The notes beneath the pieces were generated by a model. It searched no databases. It saw nothing but the letters and a program-made list of their open reading frames with translations, and had not been told where the DNA came from. 24,000 nucleotides of DNA, from contig NZ_JBJYKD010000002.1 of the NCBI RefSeq assembly GCF_049310025.1, positions 67,351 through 91,350 on the forward strand, given 5' to 3'. The translations under genes were made by a program, and so were the position numbers. Below, piece after piece: positions 8,076-16,691 of this stretch. Every line of letters begins with the position of its first letter. Within the stretch, counting starts at the first letter, position 1. Origin of the DNA: Thermoanaerobacterium sp. DL9XJH110 (GTDB lineage: Bacteria; Bacillota; Thermosediminibacteria; Thermosediminibacterales; Tepidanaerobacteraceae).

Positions 8076-9288
8076 GCTTAGCCCCCCTTTTTTCGGAACC
8101 CTTTACTTCGCATATCAGGTTGCCGTCCGAAAGTAAAACCCTTACCATATCCCGGTCTGCCACATCCTGTATTTTCGTTACAATCTTGTCAGTACCTGCA
8201 ATCTGGCAGATGCTGTAGCCTCTCTCCAGTATGGACAGCGGATTTAAGGCCTGCAACTTGCCGATGTGATTTTTAAACAACAACCGGCGGCTGTCTATCA
8301 AAATCTTAGTTTCTTTTAATAGTCTTTTTGACAGCATATCAAGGGTCAGCCGGAAGTTTACAATAAGATTTCCCGGGCTGGTAAATACTGCGGAGCGCCT
8401 GGCATATTCAAGCTGCTGCCTTTTTATGTTTACAAACCCCACGGCGGCATTTATCAATCTTGCCCGCAAGCGCACAATATCGTTTTGCAACCTGCTTTTT
8501 TCCGGCACCACCATTTCCCCTGCTGCGGAAGGTGTCGGCGCCCTTTTGTCAGCCACGAAGTCAGCTATGGTAAAATCTGTTTCATGGCCCACCGCGGATA
8601 TTACGGGGATCTTTGAATGAAATATGGCTCTCGCCACTTTTTCCTCATTGAAAGCCCAGAGTTCCTCGATGGAGCCTCCCCCGCGGCCCACAATGATCAC
8701 GTCGATGTCTTTAAAACAGTTCATGTCCCTCAATGCCGCACATATTTCGTCGGCGGCTTCTCTCCCCTGGACCAGCACCGGTGCAATCACTATGTCGACA
8801 TTCGGGAATCTTCTTTTAATGACGGTTAACAGATCTCGAATGGCTGCACCGGTCAGGGATGTGATAAGGCCGATTTTTCGGGGCAAAAAAGGGATCTCCC
8901 TTTTTCTGGCCGCATCAAACAGACCTTCTTTTTCAAGCTTTGCCTTTAGTTTTTCGAAGGCCATGTGCAGGGCCCCAATGCCATCAGGCTCCAGGTCCTC
9001 CACATACAGCTGGTATTCGCCGGTTTTTTCAAAAACGCTTATCTGTCCCAGGGCTATTACCTTCATGCCATTTTCCGGATAAAAAGGAAGCAGAACATTC
9101 TTGCTCTTGAACATAATGCACCGGATCTGGGCCTTTTCGTCCTTTAAAGTAAAATACATATGCCCGGATATGTGGTGTTTAAAATTGGATATTTCTCCTT
9201 TTACATAAACATGCCTTAATACCTCGCTGGAATCAAAGAGATTTTTTATTATCTGCGTCACTTCACTTACGGTCAAAACCGGTGTCAA
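8059..9288 (-). CDS. xseA: Exodeoxyribonuclease VII large subunit
   Basis: 409 aa. N-terminal OB-fold (LTVSEVTQIIKNLF...VYVKGEISNFKHHISGHMYFTLKD), catalytic core (GRGGGSIEELWAFN), C-terminal coiled coil. TTG start at 9288 has GGGAGGA 7 nt upstream. Confidence 0.96.
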   Translation of the reverse strand: MTPVLTVSEVTQIIKNLFDSSEVLRHVYVKGEISNFKHHISGHMYFTLKDEKAQIRCIMFKSKNVLLPFYPENGMKVIALGQISVFEKTGEYQLYVEDLEPDGIGALHMAFEKLKAKLEKEGLFDAARKREIPFLPRKIGLITSLTGAAIRDLLTVIKRRFPNVDIVIAPVLVQGREAADEICAALRDMNCFKDIDVIIVGRGGGSIEELWAFNEEKVARAIFHSKIPVISAVGHETDFTIADFVADKRAPTPSAAGEMVVPEKSRLQNDIVRLRARLINAAVGFVNIKRQQLEYARRSAVFTSPGNLIVNFRLTLDMLSKRLLKETKILIDSRRLLFKNHIGKLQALNPLSILERGYSICQIAGTDKIVTKIQDVADRDMVRVLLSDGNLICEVKGSEKRGAKRGIQI

Positions 9289-9315
9289 TAGCCAGTCCTC
9301 CCAGTTTAAAATTAA

Positions 9316-9726
9316 TCAATTAACCGACTTTCCTCTTTCTTTTGCAACCGTCCCGAGGATACCGTTGATAAACTTATACGATTGTTGTTCCCCGTATTTT
9401 TTTGCCATCTCGACGGCTTCATTGATGGAAACACTCACCGGTATATCTTCACAAAAGAGCATTTCATAAATGGCCAGCCTCAGTATATTGCGATCCACGG
9501 CCGGTATGCGCTCTACCTTCCAATCCACCGAATAGCTTTCTATTATTGAATCTATCATTTTAATATTCGCCAGGACGCCTTTTACTTCTTCAAACATAAA
9601 TTCTCTTTGAACCTGGTCTACAGGTCTTGTCACGGCTATTTCGGCGGCCTCTTCTATGGTGTTATCACCCAGATCCACTGCAAATAAAATTTTAAAAGCA
9701 TTTTCTCTCGCGATTTTTCTGCTCAA
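9316..9726 (-). CDS. nusB: Transcription antitermination factor NusB
   Basis: 136 aa: SRKIARENAFKILFAVDL...ERIPAVDRNILRLAIYEMLF...INEAVEMAKKYG. TTG start has AAGGAG upstream. Confidence 0.96.
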   Translation of the reverse strand: MSRKIARENAFKILFAVDLGDNTIEEAAEIAVTRPVDQVQREFMFEEVKGVLANIKMIDSIIESYSVDWKVERIPAVDRNILRLAIYEMLFCEDIPVSVSINEAVEMAKKYGEQQSYKFINGILGTVAKERGKSVN

Positions 9727-9740
9727 AAAACAGCACTCCT

Positions 9741-9959
9741 TTACCTGTTACCGGGAGGTAATATTTTGTCCAGTATATCTCTCAGGCTTTCTCTGCCATC
9801 GATGATTTTACCGATATAATACCCTACAATTGCGCATAAAACAATAAACGCGGTTTTCAAAAAGCCAAAGACCAGTATTATTATCCCAATTATAATCCCA
9901 AGGATTGCTCCCAGAATCTTCCCGCGGTGTTCCTGCCAGTTTTCGGGAAAAAAGTCCAT
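9741..9959 (-). CDS. Small integral membrane protein, DUF2273-like
   Basis: 72 aa with two hydrophobic helices and SD AGAGGTGA before ATG 9959. It occupies the conserved position downstream of asp23/amaP. Confidence 0.8.
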   Translation of the reverse strand: MDFFPENWQEHRGKILGAILGIIIGIIILVFGFLKTAFIVLCAIVGYYIGKIIDGRESLRDILDKILPPGNR

Positions 9960-9970
9960 TCTATCACCTC

Positions 9971-10507
9971 TTATTTTACCGTTCTCTGTTTATACGGGTT
10001 ATAAATGTTGTCTACACTTATGCGCACCTCTCTTACCGTTATACCAGCCGTGTTTTCAATATGTTCCTTTACCGCCTTTTGAAGCTCGGAGGTCATCTCC
10101 GGAATTATTGCGTCATGAGTCACTACAAGCCGCAGAAATACGGAAACTCCGCCATCGTGTCTTATAACATTTACCTTAACATCTTTCACCTTTTCTATAT
10201 CCCTTGTAATCTTCAGCACCAGATTTTCAATGGCGGTTAAGGAAATACTGATATTCCCCATATCGCCGCTTTTTACAACGGTCTCTCGACGGCGGCGGGT
10301 TTTCAAACCTGAAAATAAAAGCCACAGGCTTGCAACAAGAAACACCAGCCCTACAAGTCCCACTTCCCACCGCCCGTGTAACGCAGCAACCCTTGTCCAA
10401 AAATTCTGCAAATCAATCAGGCCGCCGGAAAAAAGGATGGCAGTAACCGAAACAAGCGCCAGGGCCAGCATACAGACAGTTAAAATAATTCTGTCGAAAA
10501 GATTCAT
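9971..10507 (-). CDS. amaP: Alkaline shock response membrane anchor protein AmaP-like
   Basis: I trimmed the track ORF (to 10564) to ATG 10507, which has AAAGGAG 7 nt upstream. The longer version would read through a strong hairpin and has no SD. The protein has two N-terminal TM helices and then a soluble Asp23-partner-like domain. Confidence 0.8.
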   Translation of the reverse strand: MNLFDRIILTVCMLALALVSVTAILFSGGLIDLQNFWTRVAALHGRWEVGLVGLVFLVASLWLLFSGLKTRRRRETVVKSGDMGNISISLTAIENLVLKITRDIEKVKDVKVNVIRHDGGVSVFLRLVVTHDAIIPEMTSELQKAVKEHIENTAGITVREVRISVDNIYNPYKQRTVK

Positions 10508-10527
10508 TTCATGACTCCTTTCAATGG

Positions 10528-10555
10528 AAATTAACCCCCTGAGCACATCAGGGGG
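10528..10555 (-). terminator. GC-rich hairpin between asp23 and amaP (attenuator or mRNA-stabilising element; the T-tract is weak)
   Basis: Minus strand: CCCCCTGA-tgtgc-TCAGGGGG (8-bp stem, 10535-10542/10548-10555) followed by TTAATTT. Confidence 0.4.
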
Positions 10556-10560
10556 TATTA

Positions 10561-10953
10561 TCACTTTACCCTACCCTCTTCTTCTTTCACGGGTTGGCCG
10601 AAATTAACGCCCTGTACGTGGATGTTGACTTCAACCACCGACAAACCCGTCATATTCTCAATAGCCTTCTTTACATTTTCCTGGACATTCCACGCCACCT
10701 CAGGTATACGAACGCCGTAGTTCACAATTATGTACAGGTCTACGGCCGCTTCTTTTTCTCCGACTTCAACTTTTACGCCTTTAGAAAGGTTTTTACGGCC
10801 AAGTATCTCGGCTATTCCTCCCACGATGCCGCCGCTCATGCCCGCAACACCTTCCACTTCCATGGCGGCAAGACCGGCTATTACGGCCACTACCTCGTCG
10901 GAAATCTTTATAGAACCCTTCTCAGTGGAACTTTCTATTTTCTCGTCATCCAT
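10561..10953 (-). CDS. Asp23/Gls24-family envelope stress protein
   Basis: 130 aa: GSIKISDEVVAVIAGLAAMEVEGVAGM...VKVEVGEKEAAVDLYIIVNYGVRIPEVAWNVQENVKKAIE. SD GGAGGGAGA precedes ATG 10953. Confidence 0.9.
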   Translation of the reverse strand: MDDEKIESSTEKGSIKISDEVVAVIAGLAAMEVEGVAGMSGGIVGGIAEILGRKNLSKGVKVEVGEKEAAVDLYIIVNYGVRIPEVAWNVQENVKKAIENMTGLSVVEVNIHVQGVNFGQPVKEEEGRVK

Positions 10954-10987
10954 TATTTTCTCCCTCCAACATTTAAGTCCAATGATT

Positions 10988-11016
10988 ATTATAGCAAAAA
11001 AATCTCCGTATTACAA
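10988..11016 (-). promoter_or_regulatory. Sigma-A type promoter with extended -10, upstream of asp23
   Basis: Minus strand: TTGTAA (11011-11016), 17-nt spacer, TGcTATAAT (-10 hexamer 10988-10993). It lies in the spoIIIAH-asp23 intergenic region. Confidence 0.55.
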
Positions 11017-11033
11017 TTAATTCCTCTACTTTC

Positions 11034-11582
11034 CTACTTTCTTTCTATTATGGTAATTTTGTCAATCGGTATGCCGGTGGTCCTGGTTACAATATCCGTA
11101 ATCTGGGCCACATCCTTGGGCTGAAGACCCGCGGCTTTTATCACCACATTGGCAACATCGTTGGATAAAAATATAACCGCGTCTTCAAAGCCCTTTGCTT
11201 TTATGAGATTTTCAACTATCATTTCCTTCTCCACTTTTTGGGATAACGCAATAAGGTCAGCCTGGGCCTTATCCCTGGATTGCTGGGCGGCGTTGGGGTT
11301 GTTTATGAGTTCTCGCAGATAATCGGCTTCCTGGCTTCTCAAACGATCCCTTTCTAATTTATAATCGATAAAAAAATCATTCTGGTTGTCTTTTATTTCT
11401 CTTCCAGCGTTGGGAAGTTCATCGCCCCGCGTAACCGAAACCTTTTCGGCTTCCGCCGGACCCGGCGCCTTCTCGTTTACCACTTTCGGATAACCGCCCG
11501 CAAACATTAAATAAACAGAAATGATAAATATGCAGGTAAATAATATTATAAGCAGAGTCCTTTTCTTTATTAAGAAGGCCAT
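11034..11582 (-). CDS. spoIIIAH: Stage III sporulation protein AH
   Basis: 182 aa with an N-terminal TM, the FFIDYKLERDRLRSQ motif typical of SpoIIIAH, and a C-terminal ring-building domain. It is the last gene of the spoIIIA cluster. SD AAGGAGGGA. Confidence 0.82.
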   Translation of the reverse strand: MAFLIKKRTLLIILFTCIFIISVYLMFAGGYPKVVNEKAPGPAEAEKVSVTRGDELPNAGREIKDNQNDFFIDYKLERDRLRSQEADYLRELINNPNAAQQSRDKAQADLIALSQKVEKEMIVENLIKAKGFEDAVIFLSNDVANVVIKAAGLQPKDVAQITDIVTRTTGIPIDKITIIERK

Positions 11583-11603
11583 TTTACTCCCTCCTTTATG
11601 GTT

Positions 11604-12197
11604 TTATTGTGCCAGGACTTTAACCTTGTAAAGCGGGATGTCGAGCAGAGTCGCAGTAGCTTTTGTAATTTTTTCCACAACCGATGAAGACGAAGCCCCC
11701 TCGGCCACTATAAGCACTCCCTTTATCTGCGGAGTCATTTTTTTCAATACCAGAGGCTCATCCTCCCCTCCCTTTCGCAATACCACCGCCTGCTTGTTCG
11801 ACTGGGTTTCTATAATTGTCCTTACCCCCCCTTCATTATCTTTTTCATCGGTGGTTCTCTCACTGCTCTCAACATTAAAAGCCGGCTCCACCTGTGTTTC
11901 GTTTTCCAGCGCTATCGCCACGTCCACTTCGCCCACCCCTTTAACTTTTCCCAATATCTCCACCAGTTGCTTTTCCAATTTTGCTTTGTAAGCATCTCCT
12001 TCATCAAGCAAATTCTCCTGAATCAATTTGGGATTTTCAGAAGGGGCCCTTGAGATAGGCTTCGAAGGTATGATGAATTTGCTCAACGACAAAAACAAAA
12101 ATCCCATTGCAAAAAGTGCCAGAAGTTGAGAAATTACCTTATTTTTTGGGTTCTTCAACCATTCGATGAAAATTTTTACTTTATTTTGTTCATCCAC
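11604..12197 (-). CDS. spoIIIAG: Stage III sporulation protein AG
   Basis: 197 aa with an N-terminal TM and a C-terminal ring-forming domain (VDVAIALENETQ...IKGVLIVAEGA...ATLLDIPLYKVKV). GTG start has GGAGGGA upstream. Confidence 0.85.
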   Translation of the reverse strand: MDEQNKVKIFIEWLKNPKNKVISQLLALFAMGFLFLSLSKFIIPSKPISRAPSENPKLIQENLLDEGDAYKAKLEKQLVEILGKVKGVGEVDVAIALENETQVEPAFNVESSERTTDEKDNEGGVRTIIETQSNKQAVVLRKGGEDEPLVLKKMTPQIKGVLIVAEGASSSSVVEKITKATATLLDIPLYKVKVLAQ

Positions 12198-12199
12198 GG

Positions 12200-12814
12200 C
12201 TATCCCTCCAATTCCAGAAATATATTTTTTTCCGGAACATCAAACTGAGATTTAATGTATTCTTTCAATTTTGTCAGCTCATTTATGGCATCCCCCGGCG
12301 GCGCTTCTCTTTTTGCACCCTTCTTAATGTTTCCGACCTCCACCGAAATTCTCTTCCATCCCGCTTTATCATCACCCGACCTCCGTCGCAGCAAAACCCG
12401 CAATGTCGCTATTTTCCCAAAATCCCGGTTATTCCTGTCCTCCACCATTTCAATTTCCACGTCTTTTACCTCAAACGGGCTGTTTTGCTCTATTTGTTTT
12501 TTTACATAAAACCTGACATTGTCTACATATTGCTTAAACAGCAGTTCATCGTTGCTGTCTCTGAATCGGGCCGCACGGTCCATTATTTCCTGCTCATTTA
12601 CAAGGTCGTTTAATTTTAACTGGACCTCCCCTAACGAGTAGTCTCTGTGTAAAAGAATCAGCAGGGGGTTTAAAATAGACATCATCACGATAAGTCCCAG
12701 CAAGACCTTAATATATTTTAACAGCCCATTGTCCGGCATTAAAAAATCCATGAATGTGGCAAACATCACCACCAAAATTATCTGTCTTATCCAGAGGCTG
12801 ATGCTTTCCGGCAT
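12200..12814 (-). CDS. spoIIIAF: Stage III sporulation protein AF
   Basis: 204 aa with two N-terminal TM helices and a soluble C-terminal domain. It sits between spoIIIAE and spoIIIAG. SD GAGGTGA. Confidence 0.85.
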   Translation of the reverse strand: MPESISLWIRQIILVVMFATFMDFLMPDNGLLKYIKVLLGLIVMMSILNPLLILLHRDYSLGEVQLKLNDLVNEQEIMDRAARFRDSNDELLFKQYVDNVRFYVKKQIEQNSPFEVKDVEIEMVEDRNNRDFGKIATLRVLLRRRSGDDKAGWKRISVEVGNIKKGAKREAPPGDAINELTKLKEYIKSQFDVPEKNIFLELEG

Positions 12815-12818
12815 ATCG

Positions 12819-13982
12819 TCACCTCATCATTACCGTGATATTCCCGGCGGCCATGATCACTGTTATCGCCACAAAAAACATCAGAGTTACAGATGCCACC
12901 GATATAAATACCAGCATCAATGAATTTCCCATGTCGTTCAGACATCTTACAACGGATTCCTCGCCCACCGGTTGGATGACGGCGCCGGCAAGTTTATATA
13001 TAACTATTATGGATAGTATTTTTACTACCGGGAAGACGGTCAGCAGGAAGACCACCAGCAAGCCTGTGAACCCTATGGCGTTCTTTAATACCAGCGAACA
13101 GCTCACTATGGTGTCGACGGTATCGGAAAAAATTCCGCCGACTATCGGTATGAAATTTTTGGATGCAAATTTAGCCGTCCTTATTGAAATTCCGTCGACC
13201 GTGGCGGCCGCCGCCCCCTGCACCACGGCTATACCCAAAAAGACACTGAGGAATACCCCCAGCAGGAAAACGCAAATCTGTTTTAAAAAAGATGCAAGAA
13301 ATGAAACGTGGAATCTATCGGAAATATTATTTATAAGACCTAGTATTGCAGTGAAAAATATAACAGGCAGCAAAATGTCCTTTATCCACGTACTGGCTGC
13401 CGTTACCCCCAAAAAGATCAACGGATTAAAAACCGCCACTGAGGTAATTCCGCCGATAGAAGCCAGCAGAGTAAAAATCGTGGGCATTAACGCCTGGATA
13501 AAAGACACCATTTGCTCTATTGCTTCCTTTCCGGCGTTTAGAGCCAGCGTGAAACTCTGTATGGCAATAACCATCAGCACCAGATATATAACGCTGTAGG
13601 CAACCCTGCCGATATTGTCATTTTCAAAGGCACCTTGAATATTTTTCAACACGGCGCAAACAATGGAAAGAGCTATGAGCTCACTGAGCAAAAAATAATT
13701 CGCGGATATTTCCCTGAAAGCATAGCTGATAATGCCGCGCACCAGTTCTTTTAAATTGTAAGTTTGTTTTCCTCTCAGACAATTAATCAAATCATGCAAG
13801 TTGTAGCTGGGTATGTAACCTTCGTATTTCGCATTGAGCTGTTTTAAAAAAGAGTTCATATCAGTGGTGTCAATATTTTGAAACTGCTCTTCAACGATGT
13901 CATCGCCGGCAAAAGCCGGACAAGGTCTGAAAAAAAATGTCATGGTAATAACGGCGACAAAAACCCATGCAAATTTTTTCAA
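12819..13982 (-). CDS. spoIIIAE: Stage III sporulation protein AE (polytopic permease-like)
   Basis: 387 aa with a signal peptide (MKKFAWVFVAVITMTFFFRPCPAFA) followed by multiple TM helices. TTG start has GAGGGGGA upstream. Confidence 0.93.
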   Translation of the reverse strand: MKKFAWVFVAVITMTFFFRPCPAFAGDDIVEEQFQNIDTTDMNSFLKQLNAKYEGYIPSYNLHDLINCLRGKQTYNLKELVRGIISYAFREISANYFLLSELIALSIVCAVLKNIQGAFENDNIGRVAYSVIYLVLMVIAIQSFTLALNAGKEAIEQMVSFIQALMPTIFTLLASIGGITSVAVFNPLIFLGVTAASTWIKDILLPVIFFTAILGLINNISDRFHVSFLASFLKQICVFLLGVFLSVFLGIAVVQGAAAATVDGISIRTAKFASKNFIPIVGGIFSDTVDTIVSCSLVLKNAIGFTGLLVVFLLTVFPVVKILSIIVIYKLAGAVIQPVGEESVVRCLNDMGNSLMLVFISVASVTLMFFVAITVIMAAGNITVMMR

Positions 13983-13994
13983 GAAAATTCCCCC

Positions 13995-14381
13995 TCAGGG
14001 AAGGATTTTTAGAATCAGGTCTAAAACCGCCATTAAAATAGGTAGTGATAATACCATTATTATTATTTTTGCGGCGAATTCGATTTTTGAGGCCGTTGCC
14101 GAAGACCCCGCATCCCTGCAGATCTGGGCACCAAATTCCGCAATATAAGCAATGCCTATGATTTTAAATATAGTAGACATGAATACCGTGTCTATGCTGG
14201 CTCTTTGAGATAGTTCCTTTAAAATATTTATGACGGCAGCAATTTTATCGAGCATCATTAAGAAAATAATCGCCCCGATAACGATGCTCATTTGTATGGC
14301 TATTTCCGGCCTGTCTTCTCTGAGCAAAACCACAAAAATTGTTGTGACAAGACCGATGCCGACTATCTGGACAATTTCCAT
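13995..14381 (-). CDS. spoIIIAD: Stage III sporulation protein AD
   Basis: 128-aa hydrophobic protein: MEIVQIVGIGLVTTIFVVLLRE...FKIIGIAYIAEFGAQICRDAG. Confidence 0.92.
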   Translation of the reverse strand: MEIVQIVGIGLVTTIFVVLLREDRPEIAIQMSIVIGAIIFLMMLDKIAAVINILKELSQRASIDTVFMSTIFKIIGIAYIAEFGAQICRDAGSSATASKIEFAAKIIIMVLSLPILMAVLDLILKILP

Positions 14382-14392
14382 ACAACAGCCTC

Positions 14393-14590
14393 CTAATAAA
14401 GTTGAAACATGGTCTTGACGTTTGAAAACAACTGGCTTATCAGTTGTATAACCATCATCAGCACAATCACCACTCCCACCAGGGTGGTCATCTGAGCCTG
14501 TTCCTTTCTTCCCGCTTCATCCAGTACTTTGCTGAGAATGGATATGACAATCCCAATCCCGGCAATTTTAAACAATATATCCACATCCAT
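14393..14590 (-). CDS. spoIIIAC: Stage III sporulation protein AC
   Basis: 65 aa with two TM helices: DILFKIAGIGIVISILSKVLDEAGRKEQAQM. Confidence 0.92.
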   Translation of the reverse strand: MDVDILFKIAGIGIVISILSKVLDEAGRKEQAQMTTLVGVVIVLMMVIQLISQLFSNVKTMFQLY

Positions 14591-14610
14591 TCACACACAC
14601 CTCTTATAAT

Positions 14611-15132
14611 TCAGTATAAAAGTAAAAAGACCATAAGTCCCGTTAACACCCCGAGATATTTCCATAATCTTTCATTTTTCCTCTTCTCCTCTATTGCTGT
14701 CATTTCTTGTTGTCTTAAACTTTCCAGTGCCAATTTTATATTTCTTACCTGGTCATCCCTGTCGCTGGCCCCCAGGTACTTGCCAAAAGCCGACAATATT
14801 TCTATATCGCCGTCCCTTAGGCCGGCGTTAAAAGAAAAATCCTTTAAGGCTTTCTCCCAGGCTTCCCCTGCGGTATAACCTTCTCTCGCGGACAGGTATT
14901 TGGTTGTCTTTAAAAAAAGGTCTGCCACCTCCTTTTCACATCTCCCGCTTATGCTTTTCAGGGCCTCGGGGAGGGGAGAACATCCGTAATTTATCTCTGT
15001 TTCCAGCATGGAGAGGGCTGTTTGCAAATTTCTCAATATTTTTGGTCTCTGCTGATACAAACCGGCCACCGTAAAGCCAATCATGGTACAGGAAAAAATA
15101 ACCAGCGCACCTCCTACCAGTTTAAACAGCAT
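14611..15132 (-). CDS. spoIIIAB: Stage III sporulation protein AB
   Basis: 173 aa with TM helices at the N- and C-termini and a helical GspF-like core. Its start overlaps the 3' end of spoIIIAA by 11 nt. Confidence 0.88.
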   Translation of the reverse strand: MLFKLVGGALVIFSCTMIGFTVAGLYQQRPKILRNLQTALSMLETEINYGCSPLPEALKSISGRCEKEVADLFLKTTKYLSAREGYTAGEAWEKALKDFSFNAGLRDGDIEILSAFGKYLGASDRDDQVRNIKLALESLRQQEMTAIEEKRKNERLWKYLGVLTGLMVFLLLY

Positions 15133-16153
15133 TTGACATCATCCCCCCGCCTTTAGTTCTATCAAACAGTATGCCGAAATCCTCCCCATCAATCACTTTT
15201 TCGAGGCTGCCCACGCCCGAGCTGAATCCCAGCACCACCAATCTTTTAAAAAAACGCCGGACTATCAATTTTCGAACCGTAGGCCTTTTTTTTATTTCAT
15301 CCACATCCGATGCGTGAGCGGTGGTGATAATCGTTACACCCGCGTTTATGGCCTCTTCGATGGCCGTTACATCTTCGGGCCTTCCTATTTCATCGGTGGC
15401 GATGATATCGGGAGACATGGACCTGAGTAGCATCATTATGCCGCAGGCCTTGGGGCACCCGTCCAGTATATCGGTCCTCGTTCCCACGTCGTTTTGCGGC
15501 ACCCCTTCATAGCAACATGCTATTTCCGACCTTTCGTCCACAAGGCCCACTTTGAAGCCCTTAATGTGAAATTTTTCGACCCCGGAGCTGAGCTGTCTGA
15601 TCAAATCCCTCAGGAGTGTAGTCTTTCCTGCTTTAGGCGGTGATAATATGAGGGTATTATATACCCTTCCTTCTTTATCGATTATGTAAGGTAAAACCTT
15701 GTCCGCAGCTCCGGGTATTTCTCTGGCTATCCTTATATTGAAACCCGAAATAAATCTCAATGTTTTAACACCTCCGCCTTCCATCACCGTTTTTCCGGTA
15801 ATGCCCACTCGATGCCCCCCCGGAAGGGTTAAATACCCGTTTTTTAATTCCTCCTCTATAGCATAAACCGATCCCTGACTTATCAGCTGAAATGTCTTGA
15901 ACATATCCTCTTTTGAAACGATATACACATTCTGCCCTTTTGTAACCGGATTACCGGCAGCGGTCACCATAAAATCCTGGTTACCTATTACCAGCATCAG
16001 CGGCCTTGCCTGCCTCATCCTGATTTCTTCAAGAGAATTTAAAAGTTTTTCGGGGACTTTGCTTAAAATATGTCTTAAGTGCAGGGGGAGTATGGGGAAA
16101 ATGTCTTTTTCCAGCATCTGAACCGGACTTTTCTGTTTTTTTATATCTTCCAT
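15122..16153 (-). CDS. spoIIIAA: Stage III sporulation protein AA (secretion-type AAA+ ATPase)
   Basis: 343 aa with Walker A SPPKAGKTTLLRD and Walker B-like IIATDEIG. SD AGGGGGGA precedes ATG 16153. Confidence 0.93.
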   Translation of the reverse strand: MEDIKKQKSPVQMLEKDIFPILPLHLRHILSKVPEKLLNSLEEIRMRQARPLMLVIGNQDFMVTAAGNPVTKGQNVYIVSKEDMFKTFQLISQGSVYAIEEELKNGYLTLPGGHRVGITGKTVMEGGGVKTLRFISGFNIRIAREIPGAADKVLPYIIDKEGRVYNTLILSPPKAGKTTLLRDLIRQLSSGVEKFHIKGFKVGLVDERSEIACCYEGVPQNDVGTRTDILDGCPKACGIMMLLRSMSPDIIATDEIGRPEDVTAIEEAINAGVTIITTAHASDVDEIKKRPTVRKLIVRRFFKRLVVLGFSSGVGSLEKVIDGEDFGILFDRTKGGGMMSNAV

Positions 16154-16175
16154 TTCTTGTCCCCCCTTTTTATAA

Positions 16176-16205
16176 ATTTATATTTTCCTCTGCCGCTTAT
16201 TATGA
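16176..16205 (-). promoter_or_regulatory. Candidate sigma-E-type promoter for the spoIIIA operon
   Basis: Minus strand: TCATAAT (16199-16205, fits the kmATAww -35) and ATATAAAT (16176-16183, 6 of 8 matches to CATACAmT), with about 17 nt between ATA and the -10 element. This is a motif match only. Confidence 0.35.
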
Positions 16206-16213
16206 CAGGGGGA

Positions 16214-16241
16214 CAAAAAAAAGAGGGTTTTAAAACCCTCT
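16214..16241 (-). terminator. Rho-independent terminator after the zinc-ribbon gene, upstream of spoIIIAA
   Basis: Minus strand: AGAGGGTTTTAAAACCCTCT (perfect 20-nt palindrome at 16222-16241) followed by TTTTTTTT (16214-16221). Confidence 0.75.
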
Positions 16242-16256
16242 GAACTTTTACATAAC

Positions 16257-16673
16257 CTACTCGTTTTCTTCCACTTCGTCTACATTGATGGTTTGCCTGC
16301 AATTGGGGCATTCGGCTTTTCCGTCTTTTCCTACCAGGTCTTCGTCGATATAAACCGTTTCATGGCAATTGGGGCATTCAATTTCAATGAAATCTCCCTC
16401 GTCGAAATCATAATCGTCATAATCTTCATCGTCAAAATCCTCTTCTTCCCCGTCTCCGTAAACATCTTCTTCGAGCTCTTCCAGATCTTCATCGAGGCTT
16501 TCGAGGTATTCCTGAGTTTCATCTGCCCTGGCTTCAAGGTCGTCTACAACCCCGGCCATTTCATCAAGGACGTTGATAATTTCCATCATCAGCCTTTTTT
16601 CTTTGGAATCTTCAAGCCCCAAACCATCTGCAAGCCCTCGGACATAAGAAATCCTTTCTTTAAGTTCGCTCAT
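16257..16673 (-). CDS. Acidic zinc-ribbon protein (CD1247 N-terminal-domain-like), function unknown
   Basis: 138 aa: a helical N-terminal domain, then an extreme D/E-rich linker (EEDVYGDGEEEDFDDEDYDDYDFDEGD), then CPNC...17 aa...CPNC. SD AAGGAGG. It lies between efp and spoIIIAA. Confidence 0.85.
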   Translation of the reverse strand: MSELKERISYVRGLADGLGLEDSKEKRLMMEIINVLDEMAGVVDDLEARADETQEYLESLDEDLEELEEDVYGDGEEEDFDDEDYDDYDFDEGDFIEIECPNCHETVYIDEDLVGKDGKAECPNCRQTINVDEVEENE

Positions 16674-16691
16674 TTTTCTGCCTCCTTAAAA

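Noticed and set aside
10508-10564. The longer amaP start (MIIPPDVLRGLISIERSHE...)
   Set aside because: It would overlap the asp23 stop and translate through the GC-rich hairpin, and it has no SD. ATG 10507 has AAAGGAG at ideal spacing.
16331-16537. 68-aa minus-strand ORF inside the zinc-ribbon gene
   Set aside because: It is an alternative frame of the acidic linker region. Its Lys-rich sequence is a frame artefact of GA-rich codons, and it has no SD.
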